The notes under the pieces were generated by a model. It made no database searches. It had not been told where the DNA came from and saw only the letters and a program-made list of their open reading frames with translations. Both the position numbers and the translations under genes were made by a program. This document shows, piece after piece, positions 55,672 to 63,416 of a DNA stretch of 64,000 bases. Every line of letters starts with the position of its first letter. Within the stretch, counting starts at the first letter, position 1. The stretch is from Pseudobdellovibrionaceae bacterium (GTDB lineage: Bacteria > Bdellovibrionota > Bdellovibrionia > Bdellovibrionales > JAGQZY01): the NCBI GenBank assembly GCA_020635085.1, contig JACKAL010000004.1:30732-94731 (forward strand). The letters run 5' to 3'.

Positions 55672-55701
55672 TAATAACACGCCTCTTCTTAGAAATGCTC
55701 T
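55672..55701 (+). repeat. 30-nt intergenic motif, copy 3 (25/30 identical to copy 1)
   Basis: TAATAACACGCCTCTTCTTAGAAATGCTCT, immediately followed by TATAAT (55702-55707). Confidence 0.6.
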
Positions 55702-55862
55702 TATAATAAGGCCTGTCTTGACCCAGCAATGCCTTTTCGCCTATTCTTTCGCCGAAAATGCAATCGGGATTTAATAGGGTTTTCTCACCCTCATCGCAGC
55801 ATAAATAAAAAGAGTAAATTTCATTTATGGCGAGAGTTATAAATCCCAGAACAGGAAGATCT

Positions 55863-57272
55863 ATGAGTGCTGATATCTTAACCTCAATTGATGCCTACTG
55901 GGAAAAAAACATTATTCCCTCCCTCATGGAGTATATCGAAATCCCAGCAAAATCCCCGGCCTTCGATGCCGAGTGGGAGAAAAACGGCTTTATCGAAAAA
56001 GCCCTTCAGCTCGCCGACAAATGGGTGGAAAGTCGTAATATTCCCAATCTCAAAAAGGAAATCTTACGCGTGCCTGAGCGTACCCCGCTCTTACTGTTAG
56101 AAATCCCTGGAACCGATGATTTCCAAGTGTTGATGTATGGCCACTTGGATAAACAGCCGGAAATGAGCGGTTGGTCAGAAGGCCTTGATCCGTGGAAAGC
56201 GGTTCGCCGCGGAGAAAAGCTTTACGGTCGCGGCGGCGCAGACGACGGCTATGCCGTCTTTGCCTCCCTCTGTGCGGTCGAACATCTTTTGCAAACCAAA
56301 GGGCCTCGTCCTCACATCCGTATTGCCATTGAGCTCAGCGAAGAAAGCGGCTCAGAGGATCTTCCATTTTATTTCGAAAATTTTTCCGATAAATTTGGCT
56401 CACCCCAATTGATCATTTGCTTAGATTCTGGAGCTGGTAACTACGAACAGTTTTGGACAACCACATCTTTGCGTGGTCTTGTCAGCGGGACTTTGCGCGT
56501 CGACGTTTTAAAAGAAGGTGTTCACTCGGGCGATGCGAGCGGGGTTGTGCCCTCGTCGTTTCGTATTGCTCGCATGATTTTAGAGCGTATCGAAAATCTT
56601 AATAGCGGTGAAATTATTCCCGAGGCTTTTAAAGCGCAAGTTCCAGTGGAGCGTATTCAACAAGCGGAGAAAGCGTCCAAAGTTTTAAAAGAGCAAATTT
56701 TTAGTAAATTCCCGTTTGTCGGCTCTATGCAACCGACGCAAAGTTCTCTCGTCGAACTTATTTTAAATCGCACATGGCGTGCGGCGCTTTCGATTACCGG
56801 TGCTGAAGGCTTACCGGTTTTGGAAAAAGCGGGAAATGTGCTGCGCCCCTTTACCACTCTTAAAGTTTCTTTGCGCTTACCGCCCACGGTAAATGCTCAG
56901 AGAGCTGCAAAAGAGTTAAAGTCCATTCTTGAAGAAAATCCTCCTTATAATGCAAAAGTGGACTTCCATATCGACGATGCGGCTAGCGGCTGGAATGCTC
57001 CCGCCATGTCGAACGCTCTCACCAAGCTCCTCGATGAAGCTTCGACGACTTATTATAAAAAAGAGGCTCTCGCTATGGGCGAAGGGGGTTCCATACCGTT
57101 CATGGGGATGTTGGGTGCCAAATTTCCCAAAGCGCAATTTGTTATTACCGGTGTCCTTGGGCCCAACTCCAATGCCCACGGCCCCAATGAATTCATCCAC
57201 TTAGAGTTTGCCAAGAAGCTAACTGCCTGTATTTTTCATATTTTAGGTGGGTATGAACGTTTAAAATCTTAG
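55863..57272 (+). CDS. M20-family metallopeptidase (dipeptidase-like)
   Basis: YGHLDKQPE and LYGRGGADDGYA motifs with E(E)SGS. ATG at 55863 with an AGGAAG RBS. The maximal ORF starts at 55827. Confidence 0.85.
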   Translation: MSADILTSIDAYWEKNIIPSLMEYIEIPAKSPAFDAEWEKNGFIEKALQLADKWVESRNIPNLKKEILRVPERTPLLLLEIPGTDDFQVLMYGHLDKQPEMSGWSEGLDPWKAVRRGEKLYGRGGADDGYAVFASLCAVEHLLQTKGPRPHIRIAIELSEESGSEDLPFYFENFSDKFGSPQLIICLDSGAGNYEQFWTTTSLRGLVSGTLRVDVLKEGVHSGDASGVVPSSFRIARMILERIENLNSGEIIPEAFKAQVPVERIQQAEKASKVLKEQIFSKFPFVGSMQPTQSSLVELILNRTWRAALSITGAEGLPVLEKAGNVLRPFTTLKVSLRLPPTVNAQRAAKELKSILEENPPYNAKVDFHIDDAASGWNAPAMSNALTKLLDEASTTYYKKEALAMGEGGSIPFMGMLGAKFPKAQFVITGVLGPNSNAHGPNEFIHLEFAKKLTACIFHILGGYERLKS

Positions 57273-57288
57273 CCGAAAGAATCGCCTA

Positions 57289-57317
57289 TTGACTTAGCGC
57301 AATAGGATCTCTATAAC
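57289..57317 (+). promoter_or_regulatory. candidate sigma70 promoter of the helicase gene
   Basis: TTGACT-N17-TATAAC preceded by GCCTA. It implies a 5' UTR of about 150 nt. Confidence 0.4.
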
Positions 57318-57471
57318 CAAGCCTTACATCGTGCGAACGAGATGAGGCTCCCACGGCAGAATTCGCTGCCATTGAAGAGCTGGGCCAATTATTAAGAAGC
57401 CTGGTTCTGAGCACTCTCCTCTTCTAGCGGTACTTGCCCTTGTAGTTGTTGCGGCAGAAGAGGAAAATATT

Positions 57472-59049
57472 GTGCAATCATTTCGTGAACTGGCTTTACC
57501 AGAAGCCTTAGAAAAAGCTTTATCTAAACTCAACTTTAAAAAACCCACTGAGATTCAAAAACAAACAATTCCACTTGTTTTTGATGGACAGGATGTTATT
57601 GCCTGCGCCTCAACCGGATCGGGTAAAACCGGCGCCTTTATAATTCCTATTGTGCAAAAGCTTATCGAAAATAAAGAGAGCCATGCACTAGTACTTGCTC
57701 CCACGCGCGAGCTTGCCATGCAGATCGCTGAATTCTCTCGCTTTATCACCTCACATTGTGAAGGCATCTCGATGGCTGTTATCACAGGTGGCTCTGATAT
57801 GCATCGTCAGCTCAATGCGCTGAAAAGAAAACCGCGTTTACTTATCGGTACACCGGGACGCCTGAACGATCATCTTCGCCGCGGCTCTTTATCTCTTAAA
57901 AAAACCGGCATCTTGGTTCTCGACGAAGGCGATCGCATGCTCGATATGGGCTTTGCTCCCCAGTTAGAATCCATTCTAAAATTTTTGCCACCTGCTCGAC
58001 AAACTATGCTTTTTACTGCCACGCTACCACCAAAAGTGCGTGTGCTTGCTGGCCAGTATTTAAAATCGCCGAAAAGTATTCAGATCGGCGAGATCTCTCA
58101 GCCAGTAAAAACCGTTTCGCAATCTGCGGTCAGTGTGCAACAAGGTGAAAAGAATAATCGCCTTCTCGAAGAGGTGAACAAACGCAGTGGCTCAGTGATT
58201 GTCTTCACGCGCACGCAACGACGTGCCGACGCTGTTTCCCGTTATCTCTCTGAGTATGGACTACCCGTTGGCACAATCCATGGTGGCCTCACTCAAGGAA
58301 AACGCAATCGTGCGATTCAAGCCTTTCGCGATGGAGAGGTTCGTATTTTATGCGCAACCGATATCGCAGCTCGAGGCATTGATGTGCCCTCGGTGGAACA
58401 TGTGATCAACTACGATCTACCTTTAGTGGATGAGGATTACGTTCACCGCGTGGGACGCACTGCCCGTAACGGCGCCCGCGGGGAAGCCCTTAGTTTTGTG
58501 GCTAACGAAGAGTTTGGTTTGTGGAATGTGATCTCGCGTAAGTACAATGTTTCCTCACCACATGTCGTTCCTCCACATGGACAAAAAAAGCAAAAAGGAC
58601 CAGGCCCAAAAAAACAAGGTTCTTCTCAGAAGCAAAAATCTGCTTCTGCTCATCCCCAAGAATATCGCCAGCATGCACGTAAAAATGCCCGCCCATCACG
58701 CGATGAAAATGCATCTAGACGCCCTAAAAATACCCATCCATCACGTGATGAAAACGCACCTAGACGCCCTAAAAATGCCCGCCCATTACGTGACGAAAAT
58801 GCACCTAGATACCCTAAAAATGCCCGCCCATTACGTGATGAAAACGCACCTAGATACCCTAAAAATGCCCGCCCATTACGTGATGAAAACGCACCTAGAT
58901 ACTCTAAAAATGCGTCGTCACAACGAGAGGACTCACGCGAAGTAAGCGGCAGTGATGGTGGTCAAAATAAAAAACAGCGTTCACGAAAAGATAATTTTTA
59001 CGCTAAAAATCGTAAACGCCAATCCTTTGGACGAAAAAAACGACACTAG
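57472..59049 (+). CDS. DEAD-box-family ATP-dependent RNA helicase (motif II reads DEGD) with a repetitive basic C-terminal tail
   Basis: GTG start with an AGGAAAA RBS. Q motif, ASTGSGKTGAF, PTRELA, TPGRL, VLDEGDRMLDMGF, TAT, ARGID and HRVGRTARNG motifs. The C-terminus has 5 copies of a 15-aa repeat. Confidence 0.9.
   Translation: MQSFRELALPEALEKALSKLNFKKPTEIQKQTIPLVFDGQDVIACASTGSGKTGAFIIPIVQKLIENKESHALVLAPTRELAMQIAEFSRFITSHCEGISMAVITGGSDMHRQLNALKRKPRLLIGTPGRLNDHLRRGSLSLKKTGILVLDEGDRMLDMGFAPQLESILKFLPPARQTMLFTATLPPKVRVLAGQYLKSPKSIQIGEISQPVKTVSQSAVSVQQGEKNNRLLEEVNKRSGSVIVFTRTQRRADAVSRYLSEYGLPVGTIHGGLTQGKRNRAIQAFRDGEVRILCATDIAARGIDVPSVEHVINYDLPLVDEDYVHRVGRTARNGARGEALSFVANEEFGLWNVISRKYNVSSPHVVPPHGQKKQKGPGPKKQGSSQKQKSASAHPQEYRQHARKNARPSRDENASRRPKNTHPSRDENAPRRPKNARPLRDENAPRYPKNARPLRDENAPRYPKNARPLRDENAPRYSKNASSQREDSREVSGSDGGQNKKQRSRKDNFYAKNRKRQSFGRKKRH
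58681..58914 (+). repeat. 45-nt in-frame tandem repeat (5 full copies plus a partial) within the helicase 3' end
   Basis: Units begin at 58681, 58726, 58771, 58816 and 58861. They encode KNARP(S/L)RDENAPR(R/Y)P. Confidence 0.9.
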
Positions 59050-59452
59050 AACACCTGCCCCCCGCTATGCAGCGCAGGATCTATAGAGCGATAGCGATAT
59101 TTTATACCGGTTATACGTGTGTTTTGTGTCGAAATGTGTAACCTCCTTAAATTTAAAGCTTTTAATTGCTTCCTTGAGGGGTACATCAAGGCGCGTAAAA
59201 CGCGAGCTACGATAAATTCTCAGATATTTACAGGTCCTAGGGTAGCTGAGAGCAACCCCTCATATTTTCCGGATAATAAAAAATCTTCGCCGACAGCAAA
59301 AACTGCATCTGTCTTAAGACTAAAACCGCTGTTGCCTATTGACCCATGACGGTCTTCTCAAGTAAAAAAGGGTTGTGTATTTAAGAGAGCCGTATGTTCG
59401 TTTCGTTGAGACCCTCTTTGATACCTTAATAACAGGCACAAGGAGGCCATAA

Positions 59453-59797
59453 GTGAATAATAAGTTATATGTAGGATCCCTTTCCTATTCTGTAGATTCA
59501 GAAGCATTAGGAAATTTTTTCGCGGCAGCAGGTCAAGTGACTTCTGCACGTGTTATCGAAGACCGTGACTCTGGTCGTTCGAAAGGTTTTGGTTTTGTAG
59601 AAATGTCTTCTGAAGATGAAGCGAATTCTGCGATTGAACAACTCAACGGCAAAGAGCTTATGGGTCGTGCAATTATCGTTTCTATCGCTCGTCCACAAGA
59701 AAGCCGCGGCGGCGGCGGTGGTGGCCGTGGTGGTCGCCCAGGTGGCGGCGGCGGTGGTCGACGTTTTGGTGGTGGCGGCGGCGATTTTCGTCGTTAA
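59453..59797 (+). CDS. RRM-type RNA-binding protein with a Gly/Arg-rich tail
   Basis: GTG start with an AAGGAGG RBS. RNP2 is LYVGSL and RNP1 is KGFGFVEM. The C-terminus reads GGGGGGRGGRPGGGGGGRRFGGGGGDFRR. Confidence 0.9.
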   Translation: MNNKLYVGSLSYSVDSEALGNFFAAAGQVTSARVIEDRDSGRSKGFGFVEMSSEDEANSAIEQLNGKELMGRAIIVSIARPQESRGGGGGGRGGRPGGGGGGRRFGGGGGDFRR

Positions 59798-59816
59798 TTC
59801 TCACTAAAGAATTTAA

Positions 59817-59852
59817 ACAAAAAACGGCTGAAAAATTTCAGCCGTTTTTTTT
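59817..59852 (+). terminator. rho-independent terminator of the RRM protein gene
   Basis: AAAACGGCTGAAA-aa-TTTCAGCCGTTTT followed by a T-run of 8. Confidence 0.8.
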
Positions 59853-59962
59853 ATGCAAAATAAACTTTTATACGCATTCAATACCGGCTTCAAAGTGAGT
59901 ACTCACCCTAAAGTTCTTTACATCGAAGAATAATTTGCGTAGAGGTTCTTTTCTACGGACCC

Positions 59963-60289
59963 TTACTCTACAACATACCCAAACGAATAATTATAAATGT
60001 AGCAAGCTTTGCCATAAACTGTGTAAGTGAGTGTGTACTGTTGCGTCCATGGCTCTTGGTCTTCGTTCGTGTGTGCACTATCCACAACGATGATTGCTTT
60101 ATCGCCAACTTGTTTTTGCAAAGTCGTGGTGAACTGATATTCCGGCAAATCACCCTGGACAGCACCTTGTACGTTAGCTAAGGCGTTTTCGAGTGCGGCC
60201 ACAAGTGTCTCCGCTTCTTTCTGACAAAGAACTTCGCCACGACTCACAACACTCGACAAAAGTATAAATGCGATCAATATATGTTTCAT
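59963..60289 (-). CDS. small exported protein, unknown function
   Basis: AGGAGG RBS and signal peptide MKHILIAFILLSSVVSRG. 108 aa. Confidence 0.45.
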   Translation of the reverse strand: MKHILIAFILLSSVVSRGEVLCQKEAETLVAALENALANVQGAVQGDLPEYQFTTTLQKQVGDKAIIVVDSAHTNEDQEPWTQQYTLTYTVYGKACYIYNYSFGYVVE

Positions 60290-60533
60290 TATATTCCTCC
60301 TACGAATTCATCCCGTGTTAGCATCGATTTCCCTCATGGTCGAAAAGTTTTAGAAAACTATAAATATTTGAACAAATTACAGCTACCCAACCCTATTTTA
60401 AAATTTCTCTATTTCTGTAAAAACCTTCTACAGGACCAGACTAAAATCGATCTCAAGCATGTCTTCTCAAAAAATGCCATGCTTTTTCTGCTTATGGCTT
60501 AAGTCGAGTCGATTTTGGTCCGTAAGTTTCACA

Positions 60534-61547
60534 ATGAAGTTAAAACACCTTCTTTTTCTTTCGTGCATAACATCGTTATCTGTTGCGTGCTCTAAAAGTA
60601 ACAAGAGCATTTATCAGGGGCTCGCTGACAATGAGGATGGAGTTATCGCCACAGGTATTCCCGATGATAACTCCACCAACGAAGACGATACACAAGAACC
60701 GCCACCGACTCTCGTGCTCAGCAATGAACTATTAAAGGCCGAAAAAGATCTCGCAGATAAATGGCACAAAGGACAACTCGAGCGTTTTAGTTTTTTAATT
60801 GTTGATGCCAATAACAAAAACGTCATGCGTAGCTACAAAGCCTTTCAGCCGCGTCGCTTAGCTTCTGTTACTAAAATTGCTACGGCTATTTCGGCTTTAG
60901 AAAATGTCAATGGCTCTAGTGTTTCGAAAATTCAAGCTATGCTTAAGAGTTCAAACAATGGTGAGGCCTCTCGCTATGTGCGTTTAGCGGCAAAAGCCAT
61001 AGCCGATTATATTGCTCCGAGTAGCGCTTACACAACTGCACACAGTTGTCCATCGACCACAGTATTAAATAAAGAACTTAAATCGGCTCAGATCATGTTC
61101 GATTGGATCAAATCACAAATCAGTGTGGACTGGGCCGATGCAACAATCAGAGATGGTGCTGGTTGTGATTATGGCAACCATCTAAATGCTGTACAGATTG
61201 TAAAGATTCTTGAATTCGCTGACCAACAAGGAAAAGCTTACTCAGGTTTATCTTTCGAAAAGCTTTTATCCATCTCTGGAGTTGATGGCACATGGGCCAA
61301 CCACAATACCGATCAAAAGGGATTGATCTTTGCTAAAACAGGCACCCTAAACCCCAACGCCAATCTTGCGGGTTATTTTTATGCGAAACGCGGTGGAGTT
61401 ATGCATAAATATTACTTTGTTGTCTTCGTCGAAAAAGACAGCGGCACTACCGCTTCTAACAACGCTCGAAGCTTTATCGAAGCCCTGTTGCGCAATTGGA
61501 TTAACTACTACGCCAAACAAGAGGGCGATCCGATAGCCGTTCTCTAG
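60534..61547 (+). CDS. short PBP4/DacB-like (peptidase S13-like) D-Ala-D-Ala carboxy/endopeptidase lipoprotein
   Basis: Lipobox LSVAC|S, then SVTK (SxxK), SSNN (SxN) and KTGTL (KTG) in the correct order. It is about 140 aa shorter than classical PBP4. The maximal ORF starts at 60459. Confidence 0.65.
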   Translation: MKLKHLLFLSCITSLSVACSKSNKSIYQGLADNEDGVIATGIPDDNSTNEDDTQEPPPTLVLSNELLKAEKDLADKWHKGQLERFSFLIVDANNKNVMRSYKAFQPRRLASVTKIATAISALENVNGSSVSKIQAMLKSSNNGEASRYVRLAAKAIADYIAPSSAYTTAHSCPSTTVLNKELKSAQIMFDWIKSQISVDWADATIRDGAGCDYGNHLNAVQIVKILEFADQQGKAYSGLSFEKLLSISGVDGTWANHNTDQKGLIFAKTGTLNPNANLAGYFYAKRGGVMHKYYFVVFVEKDSGTTASNNARSFIEALLRNWINYYAKQEGDPIAVL

Positions 61548-61600
61548 AACCCACTAGATCATTAAATTGACTTTTAATTCCTCTTATTTAAAAAGAGTTT

Positions 61601-62407
61601 ATGGTTAGTGTCGTTATTCCCACATTTAATCGTCTTTCTATGCTTAAGAGAGCTCTGGAATCTGTTCAGCAGCAGACTTTTAAAGCTTTTGAGGTCCTTG
61701 TCGTTGACGATCACTCGACCGAAAATATCAAAGAACTCTCTGACAATTTCGGATGCCGCTATCTCTTTAACCAAGGTCAAGGTGTTAGCGCTGCACGTAA
61801 CACTGGCATTAAAGCGGCGATGCACCCATGGATTGCCTTTCTCGACTCTGATGATGAATGGCTGCCGCAAAAATTAGAACTTCAGCTGGCATATGCCAAA
61901 AACCACCCTGGAACTTACAAGCTGATTCATACCAATGAAACTTGGATACGTAATGGTCGCGAAGTTCCGCAAAAAGCAAAACATCGTCGCCAAGGCGGTC
62001 GCATCTTTGCTCAATGCACGCAGGCATGCTTGATTTCTCCGTCAACTGCTATGGCTCATATGGATTTATTTAATAGTATTGGTCTATTTGATGAAAGTTT
62101 TCCCACTTGTGAAGATTACGATTTTTGGCTGCGGGTAAGCTCTCAGCTAGAGATCGGATTTATCGATAAGTCACTCACAATTAAACACGGGGGTCATGAG
62201 GATCAACTCTCTATGAAATATCACTCCATGGATTTGTGGAGATTGCGAGCTTTAGCAAAACATAAAAATCATACCCAACTGAACGATGACGAAAAGTTAT
62301 CACTGCAAAAAAGTATTTTTAAGAAATCAGAAATTATCCTTAAAGGCTTAAAGAAGTACCCCAATCCAATTGTGCAAAAAGAAGTTTCAGAAATAATGAA
62401 ATATTAA
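61601..62407 (+). CDS. family 2 glycosyltransferase
   Basis: VSVVIPTFNR, VVDDHSTE and DSDDEW (DxD) motifs. Confidence 0.85.
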   Translation: MVSVVIPTFNRLSMLKRALESVQQQTFKAFEVLVVDDHSTENIKELSDNFGCRYLFNQGQGVSAARNTGIKAAMHPWIAFLDSDDEWLPQKLELQLAYAKNHPGTYKLIHTNETWIRNGREVPQKAKHRRQGGRIFAQCTQACLISPSTAMAHMDLFNSIGLFDESFPTCEDYDFWLRVSSQLEIGFIDKSLTIKHGGHEDQLSMKYHSMDLWRLRALAKHKNHTQLNDDEKLSLQKSIFKKSEIILKGLKKYPNPIVQKEVSEIMKY

Positions 62408-62766
62408 GCTGATATACCAAATAGAGTGTGTCTATATTAACAAACATCACGTAGACTTAAGTCATCCCTGTTTTAATAAACAAATCTTTTGAATCAAAAA
62501 TTGTTACTTTTACTTTACAGTTGGATTACAAAAGCCAATTTTTGTCACTTTAATGCTCTACTCAAATGATGTACCTGTGGTTAATAAGGCACTGTATTAA
62601 TGTTAAAATTTTAGACGGACTCGTTCTGAAATGCATGGAAAATGAATTATTTATCAAAAAATTTATACGTACGATCGTCGATTTTCAGTTTGAGTCTGTC
62701 ACAACAACCCATCTTGGCATTGTTTTTGAAGTTAGTTTTCGAAAATTATAAACTGGGAGTTTCTAA

Positions 62767-63411
62767 ATGAAAATAAAATACTTAACCCTTTCTCTCTTAT
62801 TAATTACGATGCCTTTTCAAACATTTGCTAGTACAAACAAAAAAAATGATATTCTAAAAAAATCCCTAATAATGGTATCAGAAGTAGAAAAAAATGCAAT
62901 TGAAGCAAAAATAATGCTTTTAAAATTAATCAAACAAGATTTAGCTGGCATTCAGTATGTTAGATCAAGCAAAAACAATATCGACAATGGACTAGTTGGA
63001 GTAGTAGCATTATCTACAGCAGTAACAACAGGTACTCTTTCTACATATTTTGCACTTTCCGCATATACAGCTGCTTACCCAGTAACTTATAGCCCAAATT
63101 CTTCTTACATGCATATTCCACTCGAGAAAACATTGATAGATATCAGCGATTATTTTGCGAAAAGTAAGGGGGTTTTTTCATTAACCTTAAGAGGTATCGG
63201 TTCAGCTGCCTATGTTCCTCTCGTGCTAACAAAAAATGCTTTAATAGGACTTGTAAGAGCTTCTCCATCGCTTTTAGGATTAGGCGTTATGGGATCTCTA
63301 GCTTCAGCTAGTGCAGGTAATTTATATTTACTTTTTACTAGCGAAGAATCATTTGAATCATTTGATAAATCGATCGATCAAACTATCGTCGAATTAGAGG
63401 CTCTTTTGTAA
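62767..63411 (+). CDS. hypothetical exported/membrane protein
   Basis: GGGAG RBS and signal peptide ...FQTFA|S. The C-terminal half has Gly/Ala/Ser-rich hydrophobic segments. Confidence 0.45.
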   Translation: MKIKYLTLSLLLITMPFQTFASTNKKNDILKKSLIMVSEVEKNAIEAKIMLLKLIKQDLAGIQYVRSSKNNIDNGLVGVVALSTAVTTGTLSTYFALSAYTAAYPVTYSPNSSYMHIPLEKTLIDISDYFAKSKGVFSLTLRGIGSAAYVPLVLTKNALIGLVRASPSLLGLGVMGSLASASAGNLYLLFTSEESFESFDKSIDQTIVELEALL

Positions 63412-63416
63412 AAAGT

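Noticed and set aside
58681-58914. Possible CRISPR-like array, suggested by regularly spaced repeats.
   Set aside because: The repeats are directly contiguous with no spacers. They are in frame within a CDS, and no cas genes are present.
58547-58945. A 132-aa alternative-frame ORF with repeated HLDTLKMPAHYVMKT units.
   Set aside because: It is an artefact of the 45-nt tandem repeat read in another frame of the helicase gene. The helicase frame is continuous with conserved motifs.
59119-59349. A 76-aa ORF in the helicase/RRM intergenic region.
   Set aside because: It has a non-ATG start, no RBS and a non-protein-like composition. I treat the region as a non-coding leader instead.
59616-59807. 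A 63-aa ORF (AAAAVVAVVVAQVAAAVV...) overlapping the RRM gene tail.
   Set aside because: It is an alternative reading of the GGC/GGT-rich glycine tract. The RRM frame has the RNP1/RNP2 motifs and an RBS.
62566-62751. A 61-aa ORF in the leader before the orphan exported proteins.
   Set aside because: It has no RBS and sits in AT-rich DNA, where an ORF of this length is plausible by chance.
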